Assembly: GCA_017429325.1 (NCBI GenBank)
Contig: JAFRPC010000028.1
Coordinates: 2,376 to 66,375, forward strand
DNA from: Oscillospiraceae bacterium
Lineage (GTDB): Bacteria; Bacillota; Clostridia; Oscillospirales; Oscillospiraceae
Reading direction: 5' to 3'
DNA length: 64,000 nucleotides
Shown here: positions 7,820 through 16,572 of the stretch, piece after piece
Layout of the letters: each line of letters opens with the position of its first letter
Numbering within the stretch: the stretch's first letter is position 1
Notes under the pieces: model-generated
Told to the model about the DNA's origin: nothing
What the model saw: the letters and a program-made list of their open reading frames with translations, nothing else
Databases searched by the model: none
Made by a program: the position numbers and the translations under genes

Positions 7820-9391
7820 ATGAAGCTCTATCACGGAAGAATTCTGACGGTCAATAAAAATGACGACGTGAACAATTATCTTGTCGAGGACAAGGGGAGG
7901 ATCCTGTTTGTTGGGGATGCGGTCCCGGAGCAATATAAAAACGCTGAGCTTGTGGAGCTGGGAAGCAAGGCGCTGATCCCTTCCTTTGCAGACACTCATC
8001 AGCACCTGGCGTCCTTTTCTGCGTTTCATGCGGGATTGAACGTGATGGAGGCCGCCTCAAACGCGGAAATCCTGCGCATGATCGAAGCCTTTTCCCGCGG
8101 AGCGGAGAGCAAGGTCCTGATCGCCTTCGGCGCTTCCCCTTATTCCGTCGCAGAGGGCCGTTTGGTCAGCAGAGAAGAGCTTGACAATGTGAGCTTTGGC
8201 AAGCCGCTGTTTCTGGTCAAATACGACGGCCACGCCTGTGTCGTCAACACGGCGCTGCTCGAAAAGCTCCCCCCAAAAATCAAGCAGCTGCGCGGCTATC
8301 ACCCGGATACGGGAGAAATGAATCAAGAGGCCTTCTTTGCCGTCTCGGATCATATTACAAATTCCCTGTCGATCCCGGAGCTGATCGCAAATATGCAGAA
8401 GGCGGTAGATTATGAGGCCGGCCGCGGGATCGGTATGATCCACAGCGTCAGCGGCGTGGGGTTTGCGCTGAATCTGGACATCTCCATGGAAAGCTGGTTC
8501 GCGCGGAGCCTGCAAAGCGGCTTTCAGCTGCGGATTTTCCCGCAGTCCATGAAGCCGGGCGTCGCCCGCGCAAGGAATCTATCGCGGATCGGCGGCTGCT
8601 TTGCCTGCGCGCTGGACGGCTGCTTCGGTTCCCGGGACGCGGCGATGAACGAGCCCTACGCAAACGACCCATCCAACAGCGGCGTGCTGTATTACAGCGA
8701 TGAACAGGTCACGAAGTTCTGCATCGAGGCCAATCGCAGGGGGCTTCAGATCGAGATGCACGCCATCGGGGACAGAGCTTTCGATCAGGCGGCAAGAGCC
8801 CTGAAGGCGGCCCTTGACGATACGCCGCGGGAGGATCACCGGCACGGCATCATCCATGCCTGCCTGCCGACAGAGGAGGGAATGGAGATTTGCGAAAAGT
8901 ATCACATCCAGATCCCCATGCAGATCGCCTTTGACAACTGGCGTCAGGAACCGCCGTCCTATACCCGGGCGCTTTTGGGAGAGGAGCGAAACGCGAGGCT
9001 GAATCCCATCCGAAGCTTCCTGGAGCGGGGCTGCGTCGTGTCCTTCGGCAGCGACGCGCCGTGTACGGACCCCGATCCCGTAATGTGGATCGCAAAGGCG
9101 GTCAACCACTCCGATCCCGCCCAGTCCGTCAGCGTCAGAGACGCCCTGCGTATGGCGACGTACAACGGCTATTACGCGAGCTTTGATGAAAAAGAACGCG
9201 GCTCTCTGGAGGCAGGCAAGCTGGCCGATATGCTCATCCTGTCGGCTGACCCGTACACGACGCCCAAAAACGAGCTGGCCGATTTGAAGGTCGAGCAGCT
9301 GATCCTGAATGGCGAGGCGTACACGCCGCAGTCGCAAAGTGTGACTTCGGTGATTGCCAAAGGGATCCGCAGGCATGGAGTTCGTCTGTAA
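7820..9391 (+). CDS. Amidohydrolase family protein (Amidohydro_3 / YtcJ-like metal-dependent hydrolase)
   Basis: The N-terminal ...ALIPSFADTHQHL (HxH metal motif), ...EMHAIGDRA..., HGIIHAC and SFGSDAPC are typical of the family. The start at 7820 has GGAGAG 6 nt upstream. Confidence 0.85.
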   Translation: MKLYHGRILTVNKNDDVNNYLVEDKGRILFVGDAVPEQYKNAELVELGSKALIPSFADTHQHLASFSAFHAGLNVMEAASNAEILRMIEAFSRGAESKVLIAFGASPYSVAEGRLVSREELDNVSFGKPLFLVKYDGHACVVNTALLEKLPPKIKQLRGYHPDTGEMNQEAFFAVSDHITNSLSIPELIANMQKAVDYEAGRGIGMIHSVSGVGFALNLDISMESWFARSLQSGFQLRIFPQSMKPGVARARNLSRIGGCFACALDGCFGSRDAAMNEPYANDPSNSGVLYYSDEQVTKFCIEANRRGLQIEMHAIGDRAFDQAARALKAALDDTPREDHRHGIIHACLPTEEGMEICEKYHIQIPMQIAFDNWRQEPPSYTRALLGEERNARLNPIRSFLERGCVVSFGSDAPCTDPDPVMWIAKAVNHSDPAQSVSVRDALRMATYNGYYASFDEKERGSLEAGKLADMLILSADPYTTPKNELADLKVEQLILNGEAYTPQSQSVTSVIAKGIRRHGVRL

Positions 9392-9403
9392 GCCTGAAGG
9401 GTC

Positions 9404-9441
9404 CAATTGCCCGTGCATCGGTGAGGATGCACGGGCAATTG
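9404..9441. terminator. Bidirectional hairpin between convergent genes
   Basis: A 16-bp perfect stem (caattgcccgtgcatc / gatgcacgggcaattg) has a 6-nt loop. Confidence 0.7.
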
Positions 9442-9456
9442 TTGTCACTGTATGAT

Positions 9457-10320
9457 TCAAATCATTTTGTAGAGCTCGTAGCAGTTGTGTCCCTTTGGAA
9501 CGTCTTTGAGCTCGCCCCGGAGCAGATAGCCGTTCTTTTGGAAGAAGCCGACGTTCCAGTCGCCTGCGTTCGTGGTAATCACGGAAGCGCCGCTTTCCTT
9601 TGCAAATTCCTCCGCTTTCTTCAAAAGATACGTGCCCAACCCCTGACGCCGCAGCGGTTCTTCCACATACAGCGCGTCTATGCACCCGCTCTGCCCGACG
9701 TCCGCGTCCGCGATCACGCCTGCCGCAAATTTGCCGTCCCGGTCCACAAGCTTCTTGTCAAACTCTACGGTCTCGTATTCCTGCACGTAGGCTTCGCTGT
9801 AGGCGTCCAGGCCCTTCAGGACCCGCTCCGCGTCGTTCTCATTGCCGAAGGAAAGCCGGAAGCGGACGCCGCTGTTGTCGCTCGGCACGTATTCCGGCGT
9901 GTCCCTGTCCAGGTATTTGACCAGGGAATAGCTTATGTAGCCGTTTGGCCTTTTCAGCGTCGTAAAGACCGAGTAGCCGTGTTTTTCATAGAAGGGCCGT
10001 GCCATGAAGCTCGCGGTGCCGAGGGTCACGACGCGACAGCCCTTCTCCCTGGCGATGCGCTCGACTTCGCGCAGGAGCATGGAGCCGATCCCATGATGGC
10101 GATAGCGTTCATCCACCCAGAGGTCGTCCAGAAACATTCTCAACCAGTGATATTCGTAAGCTGTCGCGATACAACCGCCGATCATCTCGCCGGTCTCGTT
10201 CTCGATTTTGAGAATGAATTCTTCTTCCTCCGCGTCCACTTCCCGCGGCACGATCCCGTTGATCTGTTCGCCGATGTACCCGGCTTCTTCCTTTGTCAGA
10301 GCTTCGATTTTGTAGTCCAT
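9457..10320 (-). CDS. Tandem-GNAT acetyltransferase (two GNAT domains)
   Basis: There are two acetyl-CoA-binding motif regions, RYRHHGIGSMLLREVERIAREKG and PLRRQGLGTYLLKKAEEFAKESG. Confidence 0.8.
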   Translation of the reverse strand: MDYKIEALTKEEAGYIGEQINGIVPREVDAEEEEFILKIENETGEMIGGCIATAYEYHWLRMFLDDLWVDERYRHHGIGSMLLREVERIAREKGCRVVTLGTASFMARPFYEKHGYSVFTTLKRPNGYISYSLVKYLDRDTPEYVPSDNSGVRFRLSFGNENDAERVLKGLDAYSEAYVQEYETVEFDKKLVDRDGKFAAGVIADADVGQSGCIDALYVEEPLRRQGLGTYLLKKAEEFAKESGASVITTNAGDWNVGFFQKNGYLLRGELKDVPKGHNCYELYKMI

Positions 10321-10351
10321 TGGTTGCCTCCGTTAAAAAATCGGGTTCTTC

Positions 10352-10552
10352 TGTAGCGCGGGCAATCTGCCCGCATGATCCCATTGTAGCGCGGGCAATC
10401 TGCCCGCAAAATCCCGTCGTAGCGTCGGCAATCTGTCGGCATAATCCCGCGTTCGTACGAAATGGCCGACAGATTGTCGGCGCTACAGACAGACAAATCC
10501 CGAGTTGCCGGGTTCCACGGCGGGGAACGGCGGGCAGATCGCCCGCGCTGTA
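10352..10552. repeat. Array of REP-like GC-rich palindromic units (3 direct ~33-bp units plus 2 inverted units)
   Basis: The unit tgtagcgcgggcaatctgcccgcNNatccc occurs at 10352 and 10385, with a diverged copy at 10418. Inverted copies lie at ~10464-10486 and ~10528-10552. The unit core matches gcgggcagattgcccgcgcta in the 78-208 and 1604-1850 elements. Confidence 0.8.
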
Positions 10553-10794
10553 GTTATGCAGATCGGGATTTGTCGTGCCGCTGCGTCGGAGCAAGCGGAA
10601 CAGCGTATCCCCCTTGTCATTGCGAGGAGCCATAGGCGACGTGGCAATCCGCATCCCTCGTCTTTACGTCACAAGAATTGATCTCTACATTGCAGGGCAA
10701 ACAGTCTGATAATTTCATTGGTAATTGTTTCCAATCTTTCTATGGGAGCTTAGTATAACATTTTCCATCATCGGAGGTCAACTATGCAAGCAAC

Positions 10795-10875
10795 GTAAAT
10801 TTTCATACACTGCTGGTGGACGCTGATCCGCAAGGCAGCCTGGATGTCAGCCTGGGCGTTGATGTCCCTGATTGA
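10795..10875 (+). pseudogene. Fragment of a ParA/Soj-type partition ATPase gene
   Basis: It reads ...NVNFHTLLVDADPQGSLDVSLGVDVPD*, matching the conserved (V/L)LL(V/I)DxDPQG(N/S) block of ParA. The Walker A region and most of the gene are missing. Confidence 0.4.
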
Positions 10876-10930
10876 CCCCTGATTGATGCAGAAGGATCCG
10901 CAGGCATGGTGTTCGGCTCTAAATTTTCGT

Positions 10931-11581
10931 TCATGACCGAACAAAGGCGGCGATCTCCTGCTCTAAGAGGCGAAATACGTTTGCGATCAGATACCCGTCC
11001 GCGATGGCATGATTCAGGCGGACGCTCACAGGCATGACAAGTCTGCCGTTTTCTTCCCGGTATTTCCCCCAGTTGACGATTGGCGCAAAATACAGATACC
11101 CGTCGGGCAGCTCGATATGCAGGGCGTCATAGGAAAGCCACGGGATAAAGGAGGCGTCAAACCAGTTGGGATGGTTCGCCGGGTCCAGTCGGTATTCCCG
11201 GGTCTTCTTGGCCTCCTCCAGGTCCCGCAGAGCGTCGGCGTAGAAGGCCGCATAGTCCGCCTTGTATTCTGTATAGACCGGCGTGCAGGTCTCCGTATCC
11301 GCATGAAAGACATACTGGGTCGGATGGATCACATCATAACAAATCAGTTCGTCTGTCTGCCAGAGATACCCCATTCTGTAATCTTCGCGGGAATTCAGGA
11401 CCTTGGAGAGGAGATACAGAAAGTTGATGTAAAACTTTGTCCCCGTTTTCCTGGAAAAGGCGGCAAGCTCGGTCACGTCGATCCTCGCCGTCATGGAAGT
11501 CGAGCATTTGCAGTCCTCCGAAAAGTGACGAAACACGCCCTTCCGATAGTACGTCTCCCGGTCAATAATTTTGTAGTTCAT
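10931..11581 (-). CDS. Chloramphenicol O-acetyltransferase family protein (type A CAT-like)
   Basis: Length and layout match CAT. NHAIADGY sits at the position of the catalytic HHAVCDGFH motif and retains the catalytic His. FIPWLSY and FAPIVNWGKY blocks are also present. Confidence 0.8.
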   Translation of the reverse strand: MNYKIIDRETYYRKGVFRHFSEDCKCSTSMTARIDVTELAAFSRKTGTKFYINFLYLLSKVLNSREDYRMGYLWQTDELICYDVIHPTQYVFHADTETCTPVYTEYKADYAAFYADALRDLEEAKKTREYRLDPANHPNWFDASFIPWLSYDALHIELPDGYLYFAPIVNWGKYREENGRLVMPVSVRLNHAIADGYLIANVFRLLEQEIAAFVRS

Positions 11582-11593
11582 TTTCTCATCCTC

Positions 11594-11707
11594 TCAAGCA
11601 AGGGATTCTCCGTAAGCCTCGCGCATCTGTTCCAATTCTTCCTCGGGAATGACATCGTGAAACCTGTCCTCAATGACGAGAAGCTCGCCTTCTGCATAAG
11701 CAGTCAT
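11594..11707 (-). CDS. Possible 37-aa acidic small ORF between the flavodoxin and CAT genes
   Basis: It reads MTAYAEGELLVIEDRFHDVIPEEELEQMREAYGESLA. It starts 16 nt after the flavodoxin stop and ends 12 nt before the CAT start. The RBS is weak. Confidence 0.25.
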   Translation of the reverse strand: MTAYAEGELLVIEDRFHDVIPEEELEQMREAYGESLA

Positions 11708-11723
11708 GTCAGGCATTTATCCT

Positions 11724-12209
11724 TCATGGGAGATCTTTCAGAATGGCCGCGGCGAACTGCGCGAGCTTCGCGTCGTTCTCGCCGCTGTTCTTGTGCTTCC
11801 GGTCCAGCAGGGACGCGGTATGCTTCAGGTTCGGCAGCAGTCCGGCGATGGCATCCAGACCCTTCTGGGTCTCGCCGCCGCCGCTCAGGAAAAAGAGCGC
11901 TGTGACCTTTGCTGCCGCGTCGGTGTTTTGCAGGAAGGCGTTGACGGCGGGGACGGCCTTGCCGTTCCAGATGGGGGAGCCCAGAATGAGCTCGTCATAC
12001 GCGCCGACTTCTTTGGTCAGGGGCTTCAGCTTCGGGACGCGGCCAAGCAGGACCTGCCCGCCGCCCACGAAGAGCTGGGCCGCAAAGCGCTTCGGCATGG
12101 GCTTCACCGTTTCCAGCTTCAAAAGCTCCGCGCCCAACTTCTCCGCAAGCTTCCGCGCCGCATCCTCCGTGTTGCCGGAGAGGGAATAGTATACAAGCAG
12201 TCGTTTCAT
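11724..12209 (-). CDS. Flavodoxin family protein
   Basis: The N-terminal MKRLLVYYSLSGNTE FMN-phosphate loop is present, along with ILGSPIWNG. Confidence 0.8.
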   Translation of the reverse strand: MKRLLVYYSLSGNTEDAARKLAEKLGAELLKLETVKPMPKRFAAQLFVGGGQVLLGRVPKLKPLTKEVGAYDELILGSPIWNGKAVPAVNAFLQNTDAAAKVTALFFLSGGGETQKGLDAIAGLLPNLKHTASLLDRKHKNSGENDAKLAQFAAAILKDLP

Positions 12210-12274
12210 TTTGGTCCTCCTTGTGATTCAAAATCATTTTTCGGGTATGCGGGGCGGGCGCTCAATGAGCGCCC

Positions 12275-12850
12275 CTACGGCATATTCGCTTCCGGCTTCG
12301 GGAGCCGCTGCATCAGCAGTGGGCCGTTTTCCTTCAGCCATTTGTTCCATTTTCGGTAGTCCGGGAAGACCCGCAGGACCTCGGCGTAGAAGCGTTCGGA
12401 GTGGTTCATCTCCCGGCGGTGGCAGAGCTCGTGGACCACGATGCTGTCGAGGACCTCGGGGGGCGCCAGCATCAGCAGGCAGTTGAAGTTCAGGTTGCCC
12501 TGAGCGGAGCAGCTTCCCCATTTGGTGCGCTGGGCGCGGATAGTGATGCGCCCGTAAGTGACGCCGATTTTCGGCGCGTAATATCGCACCCGCTCCGGGA
12601 TGACCTGCAAGGCACGCTCCGCCAGGGCCCGCAGCTCCTCCACCGTCAGCGGCGCCAGAGCCTCGGCTGCCGCTCTTTGTGCCTCCGCCCTTTGCAGATG
12701 CTTTTCGATCCAGGCGCCGTGCTTTTCCAGCAGGGCCTCGATCTCCGCCTGGGTCGCCCGACGGGGCGCCCGGACCAGCAGCCTGCCGTCCCGGATCTCC
12801 AGAGCCAGGGTCCTGCGGCTGCTGCGGAGGATCTCATAAGTCCAGTTCAT
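12275..12850 (-). CDS. M48-family metallopeptidase, YgjP/DUF45-like
   Basis: TKWGSC and the HELCHRREMNH (HExxH...H) motifs are present. Confidence 0.85.
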   Translation of the reverse strand: MNWTYEILRSSRRTLALEIRDGRLLVRAPRRATQAEIEALLEKHGAWIEKHLQRAEAQRAAAEALAPLTVEELRALAERALQVIPERVRYYAPKIGVTYGRITIRAQRTKWGSCSAQGNLNFNCLLMLAPPEVLDSIVVHELCHRREMNHSERFYAEVLRVFPDYRKWNKWLKENGPLLMQRLPKPEANMP

Positions 12851-12853
12851 GCT

Positions 12854-14035
12854 TTACTCGTCCTCGAGGAGAGTGATGACGAACTCGGTGGTCAGCAGTT
12901 CCTCCGGGTCGCTCTCAAAATAATAAGTCATCGTGAGGAAGGGCAAAATGTCCGCATAGCCGAAATAGACGCTGAAGCTGTCGGCCCGGAGCCCCCGGAT
13001 CACAACGGTGTCGTTCTCCACGTTGGAGCAGAGATAGGAAATGAGCTCCGGCACGTCGTCTGCGTCGGGCATCCGCACGGTCCCGTCGGGGACGGCCTGC
13101 GCCCGGGTGATATAGTTGTTCCCCCGCACCACAGTCCCGTCTGGCCAGACCGTCACGGTGAAGCAGTGGCCGCTCAGATCGTCGAGGGTGCTGTCGCCGC
13201 AGAGGACCGGCGCCGAAAGGCCCTCCTGGAGCTCCAGCAGGAGGCGGCTGTGTTCCGCGGAGCGGAAGGTGTAGACCACGGCGGGCACATGGACGTCCTG
13301 AAATCCGCTGCTGCGCTCGTCGTGATAGTCCTGCGTTTCGTCTGCGGCCTTGACCAGCTCCAGCGCTCCGGTAATGCCGGAAAAGCGGCTGACAAAGTCC
13401 CGCGCCGCCTGCTCCATGGCCGCCCGGTCGGTTATGGGTTGCTCCGTCATCTCCAAAATCCGGTCAAAGCCCGGATAGAGGTCGAAGGTAAAGCGCCCCG
13501 TGATGGAGGAACCGGAAACCGACGCACGGCCCACCGGGGCCTCCATAAACCAGTTGGCGTAGCCGTCGTGGGGCGAATCCTCCTCGACACTCAGCGCGTC
13601 CCCGCAGTCCAGAGCCACCCGCACGTAGTCCGCCAGCAGCTCCACGTAGGTCTCGGCCTCCCGGAACTGCTCGTAACGGTATTTGTTCAGGCTGCCGGTC
13701 TGTTGGATGGCGCCGTCAGAGAGCCGATAGTTCTCCACCGGGTACTCCGGCGGCCACGCCTCCTCCCAGCCCTCCGGCTCGCCGCCGGAGGCCGTTTCAG
13801 TGGTCGCGGGAGTGGATTCGGCAGCGGAGGTGGTTTCAATGTCCCCCGGCGTCGCTTCGACGGTTGCTGGCGTTGTTTCGAGGTTTTCCGGCGTCGCTTC
13901 GGCGGCAGCAGGTGCGGTCGGCGCAGGGGTCTCCCCGTTCACCTGCCGGGTCTCCGTCTGCCCCGCCCCGGACGCACAGCCCGCCAGCAGGCAGAGGGCC
14001 GCCAGCGGGGCAAAAAGTCTAATGGTGGTTTTCAT
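12854..14035 (-). CDS. Lipoprotein, function unknown
   Basis: A signal peptide with a lipobox (LLAGC) is followed by a low-complexity T/A/E/P linker. Confidence 0.6.
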   Translation of the reverse strand: MKTTIRLFAPLAALCLLAGCASGAGQTETRQVNGETPAPTAPAAAEATPENLETTPATVEATPGDIETTSAAESTPATTETASGGEPEGWEEAWPPEYPVENYRLSDGAIQQTGSLNKYRYEQFREAETYVELLADYVRVALDCGDALSVEEDSPHDGYANWFMEAPVGRASVSGSSITGRFTFDLYPGFDRILEMTEQPITDRAAMEQAARDFVSRFSGITGALELVKAADETQDYHDERSSGFQDVHVPAVVYTFRSAEHSRLLLELQEGLSAPVLCGDSTLDDLSGHCFTVTVWPDGTVVRGNNYITRAQAVPDGTVRMPDADDVPELISYLCSNVENDTVVIRGLRADSFSVYFGYADILPFLTMTYYFESDPEELLTTEFVITLLEDE

Positions 14036-14105
14036 GGTATTCCCTCTTCTCTGTTCAAATAGGATGTTTGTACCCTTCCATTTCTCTTTGGGAAGGGGGA
14101 CGATC

Positions 14106-14531
14106 TCACAGTTCAGAAGCTTGCCCCTCCGTCTTTGTGGTATCGCGGAGTTCTTTTTTCAGCAGCTCGATGATCGTCCGGTCCGCCGGGAGCCAGGCCA
14201 CGGCGTCCAGCTCGTCCCTGGACAGCCAGCGGGCGGCCTCGTGCTCCTTGAGGGTCAGCTCGCCCCCCGTGACGCGGCACAGATAGCAGCCCATGTGCAG
14301 GTGGAAGGCCGGATAGTCATAATCTATCGTGGTCAGATAGGATTCCACTGCGATTTGTGCGCCTAATTCCTCCCGGATCTCCCGGACCAAAGCCTCCTCC
14401 GGCCCTTCCCCCGGCTCGATTTTCCCGCCGGGGAACTCCCAGAGATCCTTCCAGTCTCCGTATCCGCGCTGGGTCGCAAAGACGCGCTCCCCTTTGCGGA
14501 GGATGGCCGCGACAACTTCAATCGTTTTCAT
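14106..14531 (-). CDS. NUDIX hydrolase (MutT/8-oxo-dGTPase-like)
   Basis: The Nudix box GGKIEPGEGPEEALVREIREELG is present. I chose the start at 14531 (MKTIEV) so it does not overlap the upstream gene end. Confidence 0.85.
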   Translation of the reverse strand: MKTIEVVAAILRKGERVFATQRGYGDWKDLWEFPGGKIEPGEGPEEALVREIREELGAQIAVESYLTTIDYDYPAFHLHMGCYLCRVTGGELTLKEHEAARWLSRDELDAVAWLPADRTIIELLKKELRDTTKTEGQASEL

Positions 14532-14584
14532 GGTTCCAACCTCGCCGTCAGATTCCGCGATTTGATGAGAATGCGCAAAGGGTA

Positions 14585-15022
14585 TCACGCATGAAGCTGC
14601 TGATACTTCTCGAGATCTGAATTCAGTTTTTTTGCTTCCGCAGAGTCCTTCAGCCACAGGAAGAGATTCGCCAGGACAAAGATGACCAGGACGCTTCCCG
14701 CGACCACAAGGACGACCTCTGCGCGGTCCGAGTCAATGCTGGGGCTGGTGAACGCGATTCCCAGCATCACCGCCTCGATGAGGACGAGCATCAGCGCCTT
14801 GCGGAAGAGCAGCGCTTTTGGGGAGAGCTCCCGCTTGGACCAGGTAACAAAGGTGGGCAGCATACACAGCAAGGCGTATTTGAGCGGCAGCAGCATGGTT
14901 TTGTAGCCGAAGCGTGCGCCGTCGTCAAAGGAGGAGCCGACCAGGGCGACTGCCACAGTGATCAGCGTTGACAGGGTAAAGAACAGGATTAGCTTATTGA
15001 CAAGAAAGCGTTTGAATTCCAT
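14585..15022 (-). CDS. Small 4-TM membrane protein (DUF3021-like partner of LytTR regulators)
   Basis: It has four hydrophobic helices and lies 4 nt after the LytTR gene. This pairing is common in Firmicutes. Confidence 0.55.
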   Translation of the reverse strand: MEFKRFLVNKLILFFTLSTLITVAVALVGSSFDDGARFGYKTMLLPLKYALLCMLPTFVTWSKRELSPKALLFRKALMLVLIEAVMLGIAFTSPSIDSDRAEVVLVVAGSVLVIFVLANLFLWLKDSAEAKKLNSDLEKYQQLHA

Positions 15023-15026
15023 GATA

Positions 15027-15464
15027 TTATCCTTTCAGCGCGTCTTTCAGCGCTTTTACGTAGTTCCTCGAAATAATGACCTTTTCCCCGGAGCGGAGGA
15101 GGGCCAGGAAACGCCCGTTGAAAGCGGGCTGGAGGGATTGGATCTTCATCAGGTTGACCAGCATGGGCTTTGAAATTCGGAGAAACTGCTTGGACCTCAG
15201 GAGCTCCTCCAGCTCGTAGAGCCGGTAGGCGGTCTCGTAGACCCGGTCATTCGTGTAGAGGAAGGTCTTGCCGTCCACAGACTCAATATAGCAGATATCC
15301 GTCACGGCAATCTCATACTGTCTGGCCTCCGAGACGCAGGAAAGGCTGCCCTGTCTGGATTTGACAAAGGCCTCGATTTCCCGGACCTCCTCCGTAATCT
15401 CGCGGCAGCGGATCAGAACCAGCTCTTCGCCCGTTGTTCCGATTTGTTCGATACGCACGTCCAT
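15027..15464 (-). CDS. LytTR-family DNA-binding protein
   Basis: The sequence ICYIESVDGKTFLYT...FLRISKPMLVNL...ISRNY is typical of LytTR domains. Confidence 0.8.
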   Translation of the reverse strand: MDVRIEQIGTTGEELVLIRCREITEEVREIEAFVKSRQGSLSCVSEARQYEIAVTDICYIESVDGKTFLYTNDRVYETAYRLYELEELLRSKQFLRISKPMLVNLMKIQSLQPAFNGRFLALLRSGEKVIISRNYVKALKDALKG

Positions 15465-15480
15465 GCTGTTATTCGGGCAA

Positions 15481-16542
15481 TCAATAGATAGGCTCTACCG
15501 TAAAGACGCCCTCACCTTTCAGATAGCAATTCAGGAATTCCAGCGCCAGCGAATTGACGATCTGCAAGGCCTCCGCAGTGTCCCGCTCCCCCTTCCCAAG
15601 CTTTTTCCCCAAAAAGGGAGAGAACAGGGGCAAATCGGTAAAGTCCATATGCTTTGTGCCGCGGAGCGTTGTGGAGAAGCCGGCAGCGGCGCGGCGGATC
15701 AGCACGTCGTTGGGATAGCACTCGCCCTGCGCAAGGAATTCCAGGACCTTATTATACTGATCCCAGCCGCAAAATTCAAGTACCGGAACCGGAAAAGGGT
15801 CCTCTCGGAAAGTGAGTTTTCCGTTTTCCGCGCCGGTGTACTCTCCCAGCATGGTCCCGTCGAGGTCGATAACGGCGGAGACGTCCCTGCGCTGTCTTCC
15901 GATTTCCACCGCGGCGGCGCCGCCCAGGGAGTGCCCCATGACCCCGATCCTGGAAGCGTCCAGCAGCTGCGGCACAGAGCGGGCGGCTTCGCCCTCCGGC
16001 TCGGAGACGAACCAGCAGCTGTCCGTCTCGCCGCTCTGCGCGGCGGCCTTCAGCGCGTCGATGACAAAGCTCACGTCAGACGTCCGAAGGGCGACCCAGC
16101 CGGAATAGAGCTCGTATTCCTTCTGCGCGTCGAGCTCGCCTCCCCGCCCGGTCGCAGCCCGGAAAAAGGCCTTGTCAACGAACACGCGCTTGCCCCGGGT
16201 GTTTTTTGTGAAAAACGCATGATGGGGATGGTCCAGGGCGGCAACGACATAGCCGTTGCTCGCAAGCTCCGCGTAGGTGGAGTAGTTGCTCTTGTAGAAG
16301 CCGAATGCGCCGTGAGAGAAGACGACGAGCGGGAAGCGCTCCGGGTCCTTTTCGTCCGGTTCCGGATAGTAGAAATGCACGGGCACCTCGCGGAAACCGC
16401 CCGCCTTCTCAAAGGGGTCGGGCCTTGCGTGGTCGATCAGGATGGCAGAGGCCTCTTTCACTGCATGTTTGCCGCTGACCGGCAGACCGTCATAGTCGGT
16501 GAACAGGAGGGGCTTGAGCAGCTTGTTGTAAAGAAATCCCAT
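15481..16542 (-). CDS. Alpha/beta hydrolase (PAF-acetylhydrolase / dienelactone-hydrolase-like)
   Basis: The GHSLGG nucleophile elbow is present, with PLVVFSHG upstream. Confidence 0.75.
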   Translation of the reverse strand: MGFLYNKLLKPLLFTDYDGLPVSGKHAVKEASAILIDHARPDPFEKAGGFREVPVHFYYPEPDEKDPERFPLVVFSHGAFGFYKSNYSTYAELASNGYVVAALDHPHHAFFTKNTRGKRVFVDKAFFRAATGRGGELDAQKEYELYSGWVALRTSDVSFVIDALKAAAQSGETDSCWFVSEPEGEAARSVPQLLDASRIGVMGHSLGGAAAVEIGRQRRDVSAVIDLDGTMLGEYTGAENGKLTFREDPFPVPVLEFCGWDQYNKVLEFLAQGECYPNDVLIRRAAAGFSTTLRGTKHMDFTDLPLFSPFLGKKLGKGERDTAEALQIVNSLALEFLNCYLKGEGVFTVEPIY

Positions 16543-16572
16543 GATAGATTGTCTCCTTTCGATTATGAATCC

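Noticed and set aside
10352-10552. Possible CRISPR array, because of regularly spaced ~23-nt palindromic repeats
   Set aside because: The spacers are only about 8-10 nt and are related to each other. Some units are inverted. No cas genes or leader are present. The same core occurs singly at 108-130 and 1727-1748. This is a REP/BIME-like cluster.
12401-14062. Long antisense ORFs throughout the window, e.g. 12401..14062, 15361..17502, 18816..19940, 23882..26749, 29336..31318, 35057..36433, 41299..43335, 43782..45407, 53827..54969, 58048..59592
   Set aside because: Each lies opposite a gene with clear family motifs. Their translations are dominated by G/A/R/P/L/V runs with no recognisable domains. 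They are GC-driven open frames, not genes.
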